Part shown: piece after piece, positions 13,509-23,527 of the stretch | Layout: every line of letters starts with the position of its first letter | Position numbering within the stretch: the stretch's first letter is position 1 | NCBI GenBank assembly: GCA_041615815.1 | Contig: JBFJCP010000012.1 | Location: forward strand, 1 to 64,000 | Reading direction: 5' to 3' | Length of the DNA stretch: 64,000 nucleotides | From: Gemmatimonadales bacterium | GTDB lineage: Bacteria > Gemmatimonadota > Gemmatimonadetes > Gemmatimonadales > GWC2-71-9 | The notes under the pieces: generated by a model | Databases searched by the model: none | Told to the model about the DNA's origin: nothing | What the model saw: only the letters and a program-made list of their open reading frames with translations | Translations under genes and position numbers: made by a program

Positions 13509-16301
13509 TCACGGCGCGGTCTTGTGGAGAGTCTCCCGCACCCGTGTCAAGAGCTCGGTGACGGTCCACGGCTTGTGCAGGAAGGCAAGGTCGGGCTCGA
13601 GCTCCCCGCTGGCTTCCAGGTCGCGCGCCGTGTAGCCGCTCGTGAACAGGAACGGCAGACCGCGACTGGTGCCTCCCGCAAGCTCCCACAGACGGCGCCC
13701 ACCCACGCGCGGCATGATGAGATCGGCAACGACCAGATCGATGGCCGCGTCCTCCTGCTGCAAGAACGCTAGCGCTTCCGCCCCATCCTTCACAGGGACC
13801 ACCCGGTAACCCCAGCGCTCGAGAATGCGGTGCGCTGATCGGCGGATGGCCTCATCGTCCTCGGCCAAGAGTATCCGTTCTCCTTCCCCTCTGAGAAAAT
13901 CGGCCGTCGACGGTCGAGTGGCGCTTTGCACCGTCTGCTCGGCGAGGGGAAAATAGACCCGCATGGTGGTTCCATTGTGCTGTTCGCTGTAAACGCTGAT
14001 GAAACCCTCGTGCTGCTTCACCAGGCCGTAGACCATCGCCATGCCTAGGCCGGTTCCCTGCTCCGCTGGCTTCGTCGTAAAGAACGGTTCGAAAATCCGA
14101 CGCCTGGTTTGCTCGTCCATCCCCATCCCGGTATCACTCACGATCACACAAGCGTACGACCCGGGTTTGCCCCACCCATGCATGGCACGGAAGCTCTGAT
14201 CCACCCATGCCCGGCGGACTTCGATGCGGAGGATGCCCCCCGCCGGCATCGCATCGCGCGCGTTCGTAGCCAGATTCATGAGGATTTGTTCGACGGCGCC
14301 CCGGTCCGCCCGCACGACATCCGTATCTTCGGCGATGAACTGGAGCTGAATGTGCTCAGGGAGCAGCCGCTCGAGCATGTGGGTCATATCCCTGCACAGT
14401 TGTGCGAGATCGAGCATTTCGATGACGAGGCGCTCTCGTCGGCTGAACGCCATCAGCTTCTTGATCATCTGCGCGCCGCGGCGCGCCGCGATTCGGATCT
14501 CATCCACGTCTTTTCGCAGATCTCCCTGCCCGGGATCGAGCTCCGCGGCAATCAGTTCCGCGTTGGACAGAACCGCCGTAAGGATGTTGTTGAAATCGTG
14601 CGCGATGCCTCCGGTGAGCTGTCCCACCGCCTCCATCTTCTGCGCCTGTCGCAGCTGCGCTTCCAGAATGCGTTGTCCCGTGACATCCTCGACGATCATC
14701 TCGAAGCATTCGAGCGCTCCGCGATCGTCGAACACCGGGCGCCCGCTGAGCCGCACGGTGATCAGGTCACTGTCTCGCCGTTTCCATTGCACTTCAACGC
14801 CAGATACCACGCCCGACGTGCGGTACTCCTCGATCAGACGCTCCCGCTCGCCCGGATCCACGTAGAGATCAGTGGTCATATCGAGCTGCAGGAGTTCTTC
14901 TTCGGAGTCATACCCGAGGATTTCGGCCAACGCCGGATTCACGGATAGGAACTTGCCACCAGGACTCGATCGGTAGATGCCGTAGATGGCGTGTTCCACG
15001 AGTGAGCGATACTCGCGCTCGGACCGCTGCAAGGCATCCTGGATGGACTTGAGCTGCGTCACGTCTTGGGCGTGTCCCAACACGTAACGGCCTCCTTGCG
15101 CGCTCTCGCACAGCACGTTGCGATACGACCAAACGCGCTCTTGTCCCGTCTTGGTAACGACCCGCATCAGTCCGCTCGCAATCCCCTCCGCGCGGATTCG
15201 CTCGAGGTAGGCATCCAGCTCCTCGTGCGTGTCGGGTGCCAACAAGTCCCGGAGATGCCGACCGTGGTAATCGCCGGGCGCGTACCCGAGCGCCCGCATG
15301 GCAGCCGGATTGACCGTCAGGAAGTTCCCGTCCAGGTCATGCGTGCAGATAATGCCGAGGCTGTTCTCGACGAGATATCGATAGCGGCGCTCGCTCTCCT
15401 TGAGGATCTCCTCCGCCCGCTGATGCTCGAGCTCGGCGGCCGCGCGGGAAGCGAAGATTTCGAGTGCGGACCGGGCCACGAGCTCGTTGCGCAGAGGCCT
15501 GCGATCGAGAATCACCAGGATCCCCAAGACCGATCCCGACGCGCCCACCAACGGCGTGCCCAGGTAACTCTCGACCTCCATCTCCGCCAGCACACGATCG
15601 TCGGGGAAGAGCCGGTGCACGTCACGAGGATAACAGCACGTGCTCTGCCGTAGCACGTCCTGACAGGGACTGCCATACAAGTCGTATTCGAAGTTCTCGA
15701 CCAGCTTCCCATCGGATACGACCGCGATAGTGCGGATGGTATCGGCCGCTTCGACGGTTTCGCCCACCAGGACATGCGCGACGTCGAGCAGCTCCGCCAG
15801 ATGGCGCACCATCTCGCCAAAGAAATCGCTCGCGGTGGCAAGCGAAAGATGGGCGGTGAGCTGGCGCAGGACCTCTTCGTTCCGCTTGCGTTCGGAGAGA
15901 TCTCGGACGAACCACAAGTACTTCACCGCGCCATCGTAGTCCGTTTCGTGAATCGAGACCTCGACCGGGACTTCAAGACCGTCGCGATGGCGAGCGGTGG
16001 CCTCGAAGCGGCGCGTGGGGTGCGCACCCTCTTCGTCCGCCGGCGCTTCGCCGCTGACGGGTGGGGGCGAGGCAAGAACCTCCGCAACGGGCCGCCCCAC
16101 CACCTCGTCCCGACTCCATCCCAAGAGTGTAACCGCGCGGTTGTTCCACTCGGTGACGAGGCCCGCATCGTCGGTGGCGAGCACGGGGTCAAACGCGGCC
16201 TCGAGCACCGCCCGGAGACCTCGAAACGTTTCGTTCTCACCGGCTGAAGCCGGCGTCCCCTGAACCGATTCGCCAGTGGCCGGGCGCCGCTTACGAAGCA
16301 C
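13509..16301 (-). CDS. Hybrid sensor kinase PAS-GAF-PAS-PAS-HisKA-HATPase-REC
   Basis: GGIAHDFNN, NLATNARDA, GTGLG, C-terminal REC (LAEDD, DLIMP, KP); GGAG RBS before GTG. Confidence 0.93.
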   Translation of the reverse strand: MLRKRRPATGESVQGTPASAGENETFRGLRAVLEAAFDPVLATDDAGLVTEWNNRAVTLLGWSRDEVVGRPVAEVLASPPPVSGEAPADEEGAHPTRRFEATARHRDGLEVPVEVSIHETDYDGAVKYLWFVRDLSERKRNEEVLRQLTAHLSLATASDFFGEMVRHLAELLDVAHVLVGETVEAADTIRTIAVVSDGKLVENFEYDLYGSPCQDVLRQSTCCYPRDVHRLFPDDRVLAEMEVESYLGTPLVGASGSVLGILVILDRRPLRNELVARSALEIFASRAAAELEHQRAEEILKESERRYRYLVENSLGIICTHDLDGNFLTVNPAAMRALGYAPGDYHGRHLRDLLAPDTHEELDAYLERIRAEGIASGLMRVVTKTGQERVWSYRNVLCESAQGGRYVLGHAQDVTQLKSIQDALQRSEREYRSLVEHAIYGIYRSSPGGKFLSVNPALAEILGYDSEEELLQLDMTTDLYVDPGERERLIEEYRTSGVVSGVEVQWKRRDSDLITVRLSGRPVFDDRGALECFEMIVEDVTGQRILEAQLRQAQKMEAVGQLTGGIAHDFNNILTAVLSNAELIAAELDPGQGDLRKDVDEIRIAARRGAQMIKKLMAFSRRERLVIEMLDLAQLCRDMTHMLERLLPEHIQLQFIAEDTDVVRADRGAVEQILMNLATNARDAMPAGGILRIEVRRAWVDQSFRAMHGWGKPGSYACVIVSDTGMGMDEQTRRRIFEPFFTTKPAEQGTGLGMAMVYGLVKQHEGFISVYSEQHNGTTMRVYFPLAEQTVQSATRPSTADFLRGEGERILLAEDDEAIRRSAHRILERWGYRVVPVKDGAEALAFLQQEDAAIDLVVADLIMPRVGGRRLWELAGGTSRGLPFLFTSGYTARDLEASGELEPDLAFLHKPWTVTELLTRVRETLHKTAP

Positions 16302-16564
16302 GGTCGTCGGCTCCGGTCATCATGGACGGCCCCACGGCCCAGCGGCGGCACGCCCCCGAGGCCCGCCGCTTCGACAATCGCGGTGTGATCAGTTCCACCA
16401 CTGTGATACCGGTCCCGCTAGGGTTGCGCCCTCCACATTCGGCCAGCGCGGGCCTCGCGCCTGTATGATCGGTCGACAGTGTCCGGATCCTGAGAACGGG
16501 CTGGCGCTCGCGTGCTGTGTCACGATGACGATGCGGGCCGCCGAGACCGCATTTCTGACACTAC

Positions 16565-16593
16565 CGTAAGTTCCTTAAAATAAAGTAGTTACG
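16565..16593. promoter_or_regulatory. AT-rich IHF-like site with palindromic ends
   Basis: CGTAAGTTCCTTAAAATAAAGTAGTTACG; contains AATAAA-GTAG-TTA, one mismatch to WATCAANNNNTTR. Confidence 0.4.
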
Positions 16594-16687
16594 ATGCTTC
16601 GCAAGGTTGCCAGGAATGCGCGCCGAGCAGTCACCGATCGACGAGGAGCCAGAGGAATCGCCACCAGGCAACGCCGACCCTCCAGCG

Positions 16688-17623
16688 CTAGCTGTCCCTT
16701 CCCCGCTCGACCCCGGAGGATCGCCGGCTGCGAAACTCGAGAACGCGCTGGGCCAGGACGGACATCACGTCTACGGCCATATCGAAGTGATCCTCCAAGA
16801 TGTCGATAAATGGCTCGACGTCGATCCGAAGCGCCACGCCTTCGGTCTCGGGCACGGCATCGAACCAGCGCCGTTCACCACGGAGCGCCTCGTGCATCCC
16901 CACCGCCGCCGCCGGACCCAGCCGGAACGATGCACCCTCGTCGGTGTCACCGCGGATGAGTCCGCGGGCAATCAGCATGAAGTGATCGGCCGGATCGTTT
17001 CGGCGCCACCAGGCCTCCGTCGGCTGAAGAGACACTTCCGCGACGTGATGCGCCAGCTCGTTGAGGGCGTCGAGCGTGGTGGTGGAAAACGCGCGGGAGC
17101 GACTCAGGACCTCGAGACGCTCTACGAGGTTGAGCGCCTTCGCGTCCGGACGAATGAGATCCGCTGCAGCCGCATTCACGTCGAAGGGCGCCGCACGAAA
17201 CTCGACCAGAAAGCGACCGGAGAGGTACCGCAGATACTGCAGAAGGATTCCGAAGTGCTCTTCGCACACATCGAGCTGCGCATCCCAATCGAGCTCGAGC
17301 GCGAGTGTGTCCACATCCGCCCGTACATCGATGCCCTGAGGGGACCGCGCCAGTAATTCCAGAAAGCCCACCGCCTCGCCACCGCCGACGACCCGGGTCC
17401 GCCCACCCGCCCAGGACACCGTGACTTGACCATCGACGATCACGAACACGGCGTCGGCCGGTTGGTCGGGCCGCAGCATGGCGGTTCCGCGTGGAACGAA
17501 TTGCTCACGCGCGTGCTGCGCCACGGCTGCGAGTTGCGAGGACGCGAGGCCGTCCAGGGCCGGGAGCGTTCGGAGAAACAGCACCCGATCGAGCGGGCCG
17601 ACGAACAACACTTTTTCAGCCAT
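16688..17623 (-). CDS. Tandem cyclic-nucleotide-binding (CRP-fold) domain protein, no HTH
   Basis: Two repeats: LRTLPAL...DQPADAVFVIVDGQV and LSRSRAF...NDPADHFMLIARGLI; start overlaps end of upstream NTT gene. Confidence 0.82.
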   Translation of the reverse strand: MAEKVLFVGPLDRVLFLRTLPALDGLASSQLAAVAQHAREQFVPRGTAMLRPDQPADAVFVIVDGQVTVSWAGGRTRVVGGGEAVGFLELLARSPQGIDVRADVDTLALELDWDAQLDVCEEHFGILLQYLRYLSGRFLVEFRAAPFDVNAAAADLIRPDAKALNLVERLEVLSRSRAFSTTTLDALNELAHHVAEVSLQPTEAWWRRNDPADHFMLIARGLIRGDTDEGASFRLGPAAAVGMHEALRGERRWFDAVPETEGVALRIDVEPFIDILEDHFDMAVDVMSVLAQRVLEFRSRRSSGVERGRDS

Positions 17624-20396
17624 AGTGCCGCTCCGGTGCACCACCCCCGACCAGGCGACGAGCCACGTCTTCCAGGACCACTCGGTGATGCGACGACAGC
17701 ACCGGGATCCCGCGCAGGAACCTTTCGAGTCTTGCAAGACCCAGTTCGCCGATATGATGCGCGGCGAGGGAACTCAGGGACTCGGTACCGCTCGCCAACA
17801 GCTCCTTCAACACGACCTCGTACGGTAGGGGCTGTACCTCACGATCGTTCGTTTCCGAAGGGCCGACCGCTTCGAAGAGATCATCGAGTAGGACGAGAAA
17901 GCGCCGCCGGAGCGGAGGAAGCACCAAGTTTTCCGCCAGTTCGCGGCTGCCGGCACGCGCCTCACGCTTGAGACTGTGCAGCCCTCGATAGATGCGCAAG
18001 AAATCCTCGTCGCTGGCCTGCAGATTCAACAACCGAAACAGGCGTTCCAGGGTGTGGTGTTGCTTGTCCCGCAAAAGCCCCGCGAGCAGTTCGTAGCCGG
18101 AGGTCCGGCGATCCGTGTCTTCGCGCACGCCCGCCGCCAAGGCATGACGCCACCGCATGAACCGAAAGCCCGCTTCGAGGTTCTGTTCGACGGCCTGACC
18201 GATGAGCTTGGGGTCGAGCACGAGACTCGGGTTTTCGGACCGCAGTCGTCCCAGCGCGCGAAGCATCTTGAAGCGGATCATGCCGTCGCCTTCGGCCAAC
18301 AGCCGGCGCAGCAGAATCTGCGCGGCCTGCGGGGTGCCGAAGGCTCCGATGGTCTGCGGGAGATGACGCCGGACCGCGTGGGAAAGGCGCTCGTCACCCA
18401 TGGCGGCCGCCAGGCGCGGAAGCGTTCCCGGTCCCAAGCCTACCAAGGTTCGGCGCACATCATCCCTCACGGCCCGATCGCCGAGCAGGGCGATGAGCGG
18501 CGCCACGAAGCTCGGGCTCTTGATCTCCCGGACGGCACGGACCGCTTCCGCCCGCACCCTGGCGTCCGGGGACGACAAGAGGCGGAGCAACGAGCTCTCG
18601 AACTCCGTACCGGGCAAGACCCGGATCGTAACCGCGAGAGCGAGCTGCGCCTCCGACGAGCCATCGCTCACGAGGTCGTTCAGGGCCTGCTGCGCCTGAG
18701 CCCCCGACAGCCAGCCCCCACCAATCAAGCCCACGAGCGCGGTGGCTCGAACCGACGGCGCGGGATCCTCCGTGCCGCGCCGCAGCAGCGCCTCGTCCGC
18801 TTCCACCACCGTTCGGACGCGCAGAGCGGCAGCCCGGACTCCCGCGCTGGCGTGGTCCAACAGGCGATCCACGATGGGCCAGTAATCGTCCCTCCCCGAG
18901 CGGACGAAGAGGTCCAGGGCGTGGATGACGACGCTTGGTGAGGGATGGTAGAGGATCAGAGCGGGAATCACGCGCGTCTTGTCTTGCACTGCCAGGAGAT
19001 CCAGAGCCGCCATCACCTTACGGTCATCGGAATCATTCAACGTGGCCAACAACGTTTCGAGGGACGCCACGTCGAGCGCCGGGAACTCGATGCGTGTTTG
19101 CGTGATCTCATCGCTCAGGGTCTCCCGAAACACGTCCAGGTAGTGTCGGCGGAGATCGAGCACGAGGACCAGCCAGGTGGCGGCGGCGACGGACGCGAGC
19201 GCGGCAAAGACGGTCTCGCGTGTGGTGAGGCTCAGCAGGATGAGGATCAGCAGCGAGGCGAGCGCTTGGCCACCGCGCTGACCGATCACGTCAATGAATG
19301 CCTTGACCCGGCCCCGGATCTCTGCAGACATCGGAACGAACAGGAGCTCCGTGGCGGTCCGATACAGCGAGTATCGTGTGCTCCCGTCGGCACCCTTGAA
19401 CAGCAGGACGGCCACAAGTCCGCCGCTCGCCACGAAACCCACGCCACCGGCAAGCAGCAGCACGGGGACGATGGCCTGTGCGGCGTTCACGCCCAACCGA
19501 CGAATGAGCCACCCTACGAACACCACCTGAATGACGAGCGAGACCAGGTTGAGCGACAAGTAGACACTCGAGAAGAATTCGCCCATCGCCTCGTCCGCCA
19601 CGAACCGGGCTGCGGTGCTCTTGAAGACGAAGTCCACCATCGTAAAGGTGATCGTCGACAGCAACACAACGATTGCCACCCGCCGCAGATAGGGACGACC
19701 CCAAATCAGCCGCCCCACCCGGTTCAGATCGAGCTGCTCCCGCCGGCCCGTCGCGATGGCTGGACCGCCACCCTCCAGCAGGGTGGGCCCCGCTGCGCTG
19801 AGGAGAAACACGAGTCCAGCAGCCAGGACGACGTGCTGGGCGGCCAGCACGCTCGTCAGGATGCGTGCCAAGCCCGATCCCAAGATCGCGCCCAACACGC
19901 TGCCCGACCCGATGACGGCGAACAGGCGTTTCGCTTGCGTGACGGTGAAGCGGTTTCCCAGCACCGTCCAAAAACGCACCACCACCAGCGTGGCCAGAAC
20001 GCCGGACCATGCATACAACGTGTAAAAGACCCAGTTCTGGGCGAGGTAGGCGAGCGCCCAGAACCCCACCGTCACGGCGCCCGAGAACATGAGCCAAGCA
20101 CTCAGCTCGTTCCTGGCACCAAACCGGCTGAGCAATCGAGGCTGCTGACGTGCCAACGCGAGCGCGACGGCGGCGATGGTCAGGTATACCCACGGAAGCA
20201 ACGACGCCGGGAGTCTGGCGAGGAACAAGGCATCCCGAGCGGTCTCCAGCAGCGCGTGTCCGGTCATGAACCCGAACAGCGTCAAGAAAGCGCCCAGCGT
20301 ATCCCGTCGCTCGTCGTTTCTGATTGCCCCCAACGCTCCAAGCACGCGCATCGACAACGCGTACATGGGGTGTGGTCCAGGAACACGGTTACTCAT
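17616..20396 (-). CDS. TLC/NTT (Npt1/Npt2-like) nucleotide transporter fused to HEAT repeats
   Basis: ETARDALFL, QAKRLFAVIGSG, DFVFK, KGADGSTRYSL...ELLFVP...RVKAFID in the TM region; HEAT-like repeats (VRAAAL, VRATAL, VRAEAV) after it. Confidence 0.85.
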   Translation of the reverse strand: MSNRVPGPHPMYALSMRVLGALGAIRNDERRDTLGAFLTLFGFMTGHALLETARDALFLARLPASLLPWVYLTIAAVALALARQQPRLLSRFGARNELSAWLMFSGAVTVGFWALAYLAQNWVFYTLYAWSGVLATLVVVRFWTVLGNRFTVTQAKRLFAVIGSGSVLGAILGSGLARILTSVLAAQHVVLAAGLVFLLSAAGPTLLEGGGPAIATGRREQLDLNRVGRLIWGRPYLRRVAIVVLLSTITFTMVDFVFKSTAARFVADEAMGEFFSSVYLSLNLVSLVIQVVFVGWLIRRLGVNAAQAIVPVLLLAGGVGFVASGGLVAVLLFKGADGSTRYSLYRTATELLFVPMSAEIRGRVKAFIDVIGQRGGQALASLLILILLSLTTRETVFAALASVAAATWLVLVLDLRRHYLDVFRETLSDEITQTRIEFPALDVASLETLLATLNDSDDRKVMAALDLLAVQDKTRVIPALILYHPSPSVVIHALDLFVRSGRDDYWPIVDRLLDHASAGVRAAALRVRTVVEADEALLRRGTEDPAPSVRATALVGLIGGGWLSGAQAQQALNDLVSDGSSEAQLALAVTIRVLPGTEFESSLLRLLSSPDARVRAEAVRAVREIKSPSFVAPLIALLGDRAVRDDVRRTLVGLGPGTLPRLAAAMGDERLSHAVRRHLPQTIGAFGTPQAAQILLRRLLAEGDGMIRFKMLRALGRLRSENPSLVLDPKLIGQAVEQNLEAGFRFMRWRHALAAGVREDTDRRTSGYELLAGLLRDKQHHTLERLFRLLNLQASDEDFLRIYRGLHSLKREARAGSRELAENLVLPPLRRRFLVLLDDLFEAVGPSETNDREVQPLPYEVVLKELLASGTESLSSLAAHHIGELGLARLERFLRGIPVLSSHHRVVLEDVARRLVGGGAPERHYG

Positions 20397-20566
20397 CCGG
20401 CCGTCCTCGCCGATGAGCGCGTTGGCTGGGCCCCGGGGGCACGAGAAGAGCACTCATGGGTAGTACGCCAATATAGACGCCCCCGGCCGTGTGGTGTGAC
20501 ACCGACTCCGCTCGCACAGCTCAATACATTATCTTCCACGCTACCCCAACGATTGAAACCCTCAAG

Positions 20567-23527
20567 ATGATTGCCTACGTGGATTGCCGAATGTTCGGAG
20601 TCGTCGCGCTGTTGGTCGGCTCGACTACGCAGGGTCTCGGTGCCCAGAGTTTCCCACCGCCCCTGACCAACGACCAGGCCCATGAAGTGCAACGCGCCAT
20701 CACCGCCATGAAGGAGGACCCGCGCGGTCCCTATCTTCGCATCCGCTGGTTCTGCAATGACGGAACGATTCAACCGCCCCAAGGGGCTGCGTGTCGCGAG
20801 CGCGGCGGTGGCGTCCAGCACGCCGAGCTGAACGATCGGGCCAAACGCCTTGCCCAGCTCGACGTACACGTCGGGACCATTCTCCAGGCGACTCCCTTCG
20901 ACGCGTTGTTTGACCGCGAGCGAGATCATTACCGGCTTAAAGAGCTGGTGGTTGCCGAGTATTTGTTCGAGATCGACGGCGGGTGGGCGCTCAAGCAGGC
21001 TCGGTTCTATCGGGGCGCCAAGCAGATCGAGGATGAGGAAGCCCGTGGACAGGAGTACCTGCAGCGGATGCTAGCGGACACGAGCTGGACACGGCGGAAT
21101 TTCCTTCTGACATCCCAGCTGGTGAGGACGATCCCCCACCCGCGCATCGGGGACGAGCAATCCACCCACCGGATTCGCAATCTCGCCACGGAAATCGCCA
21201 CGCTCGATCCGGGATTTCTGAACCTCCGGATCAAGATCCACTCGTTCCCGTCTCGGGACGATCTGGACGCCGTGACGTCCTACCTGACATCCAAGAACCA
21301 CGGCGACGAGGTGCGGAGCAAGCTCGCCGAGCTCACGGACGAGTTACGGCAACAATACGATGCCAAGCGGAATGTGGAGGAGTTGGCGCGGTACGAGCGC
21401 CGGCTGCGGCGTGTCGTGGGACCGCAGCTCCAAGCGCTTCAGCAGAGCTACCAAAACGAATCGAGTCGCCGCACGCTCCAGCGCACGGCGCTCCTCGCGG
21501 CGGAGGTCAGACAGCGTGTGAGCGCCAGCGCCGATGGTCGCACCAACCTGGTCCTGCTGGACTTGTTGGCGACCCTACAGGAGCAGGCCTTTCTCCTCGC
21601 GCAGGAGCTGGAAGCGGATACCGCGACGGCCATTCCGCGGCACGATCGCTTGACCCGGCTGTCCGACTATTTCGCGCTTGCCTTCTCCGGTGGCTTCCTC
21701 TCGTCCCGAGAACGCCAGGCATTGGACGAGGAGATCGCGCGTCTGCGGGGAATGCCAAAGCTCACGGCCGGCGCGTACAAGGACGGCCTGAATTACCTCG
21801 GACGGAGTCTCGATTGGGCCGCCGCCACCGTCAGGAGCGTTTTTGCACCCACGCAGCAGCGGTACCTGGCCTTCGAACCCAAAGCCGTTGGATTCCTCGA
21901 CGCCGTCGTGCGAGGATCGTCGCTGCTTCCGCAGTCGGTGCAGTTGGCCTACCTCGGGGCCGACGCGGACCGAGTCCTCGGGGCATCCCATCGCGTCTTC
22001 GGGCGCGATATCAGTCAGGGGATACGGGGACTGAACCCGGGGTTTGCCATGCAGCGTCTCGAGATCGTGGACCCGCGCATCACCGATTGGCATCTCGAGC
22101 CCACCACCATCTACGTGTTGCCGGAAACGACCGCCGAGATCAGACCACCGGCGGGCGTACTCACCCTCGATGCCGGCAATCTCTTGTCGCATGTCCAGCT
22201 GCTCGCGCGCAACCTGGGCATCCCGAATAGCACGATGTCCTCCGCCCTGCTCCCCATGGTCCAACCGTATCACGGCCGCGAAGTGTTCTATGCAGTGTCC
22301 CCGATGGGGAGGGTCGTGCTGCAAGACCCGGCTCGGCTGGGCGATGTCGAACGTCGGATCGTCGAGCTGGGTCGTCAGGCGCCGCCCGCCAAAGTGCAAC
22401 TCAACACGAGCCGGCTCCGGCTGGACCGTACCCAGCCAATCCCCCTGCGGGAGCTTCGCGCGGACCAGTCTGGCGTGTTTGTGGGCCCCAAGGCCGCGAA
22501 TCTCGGGCAATTGGCGTTCTACTTTCCCGATCACGTTTCCCGAGGCGTCGCCCTGCCCTTCGGGATGTTTTACCAGCACGCCAACCGCCCCTTCGGCTCC
22601 CAGCAATCGGTGCTCCAGGAATTGGCCAATGCCTACCGAGAGGCGGCACGGATGCGTGCGCGCGGAAGGGCCGAGACCGAGATCGACGAGTACATGTTTG
22701 GCGTCCTCGCTCGCGTGCGCACCGCGATCCTCGAGCTGCCTTGGCTCCCGGAGGTACGGGGTGCCATCGTCGATGCGCTCCGGACCACGTTCAACGACGA
22801 CGTGTCGGGCGGTGTGTTCATCCGCAGCGACACCAACGTGGAGGACCTTCCGCAGTTTTCGGGTGCGGGCCTCAACCTCACGGTTCCCCATCAACGCACC
22901 GTGGAGGACATCCTCACATCCATCAAACGCGTGTGGACCTCACCCTTCAGCGAACGGGCCTACCTCTGGCGCAAACAGATTCTCGAGGAGCAGGGACAGA
23001 TCTACCCGTCGGTGCTCTTGCTCGAGAGTGTGCCCTCCGACAAGTCAGGTGTGTTGATCACCTCGGGGCTCCAGTTTGGCAGCCGAGACGATCTGACCAT
23101 CGCCACCGCCGAGGGAGTGGGCGGAGCGGTGGAAGGCGAGGACGCGGAAACGGTCGTGGTCGATGCTCAGTCGGGTGCCGTGACCTTGCTCTCCCAGGCA
23201 AAGGCCCCATTTCGGCGGATCCTGGTCACGACTGGAGCCGGCGGCGGGCGTATGGTAGCGGCGCGGCGACCCGACGAGCTCCTCCGACCCTCGGACGTCC
23301 GGCAACTCGAGGAAGTGGTGGCGAGCTGGAAGCGCCGGCTCACGGGCGACGACCGCGGGCAGGTCTGGGATATCGAGTTCGGATTCACAGGAGACAAGCT
23401 CTGGCTGTTTCAGATCCGACCCTTTGTGCGGTTCCGCAGCAGCGAGCTCATCGAGCGACTGAACGTGCTCGATCTCGACACACGCCGACGCGGATCGCGA
23501 TCCATCTCCCTGCAGGAGGCGGTATGA
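20567..23527 (+). CDS. Putatively exported PEP-utilising (PPDK/PEP-synthase superfamily) dikinase: N-terminal unknown domain, phospho-His swivel domain, ATP-grasp domain
   Basis: His domain GVLTLDAGNLLSHVQLLARNLGIP (His codon 22190); ATP-grasp VGPKAANLG, IRSDTNVED...GAG, DIEFGF...FQIRP; signal-like N-terminus GVVALLVGSTTQGLGA-Q; alternative start 20591. Confidence 0.85.
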   Translation: MIAYVDCRMFGVVALLVGSTTQGLGAQSFPPPLTNDQAHEVQRAITAMKEDPRGPYLRIRWFCNDGTIQPPQGAACRERGGGVQHAELNDRAKRLAQLDVHVGTILQATPFDALFDRERDHYRLKELVVAEYLFEIDGGWALKQARFYRGAKQIEDEEARGQEYLQRMLADTSWTRRNFLLTSQLVRTIPHPRIGDEQSTHRIRNLATEIATLDPGFLNLRIKIHSFPSRDDLDAVTSYLTSKNHGDEVRSKLAELTDELRQQYDAKRNVEELARYERRLRRVVGPQLQALQQSYQNESSRRTLQRTALLAAEVRQRVSASADGRTNLVLLDLLATLQEQAFLLAQELEADTATAIPRHDRLTRLSDYFALAFSGGFLSSRERQALDEEIARLRGMPKLTAGAYKDGLNYLGRSLDWAAATVRSVFAPTQQRYLAFEPKAVGFLDAVVRGSSLLPQSVQLAYLGADADRVLGASHRVFGRDISQGIRGLNPGFAMQRLEIVDPRITDWHLEPTTIYVLPETTAEIRPPAGVLTLDAGNLLSHVQLLARNLGIPNSTMSSALLPMVQPYHGREVFYAVSPMGRVVLQDPARLGDVERRIVELGRQAPPAKVQLNTSRLRLDRTQPIPLRELRADQSGVFVGPKAANLGQLAFYFPDHVSRGVALPFGMFYQHANRPFGSQQSVLQELANAYREAARMRARGRAETEIDEYMFGVLARVRTAILELPWLPEVRGAIVDALRTTFNDDVSGGVFIRSDTNVEDLPQFSGAGLNLTVPHQRTVEDILTSIKRVWTSPFSERAYLWRKQILEEQGQIYPSVLLLESVPSDKSGVLITSGLQFGSRDDLTIATAEGVGGAVEGEDAETVVVDAQSGAVTLLSQAKAPFRRILVTTGAGGGRMVAARRPDELLRPSDVRQLEEVVASWKRRLTGDDRGQVWDIEFGFTGDKLWLFQIRPFVRFRSSELIERLNVLDLDTRRRGSRSISLQEAV

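Noticed and set aside
22741..23523. N-terminal extension of the 697-aa ORF in the track
   Set aside because: Overlaps the dikinase in another frame; the real start is ATG 23524 (ATGA coupling, signal peptide).
20567..23527. Annotation as PEP synthase (ppsA) or rifampin phosphotransferase
   Set aside because: Domain order is reversed, the PEP-binding barrel is absent and the N-terminus looks like a signal peptide.
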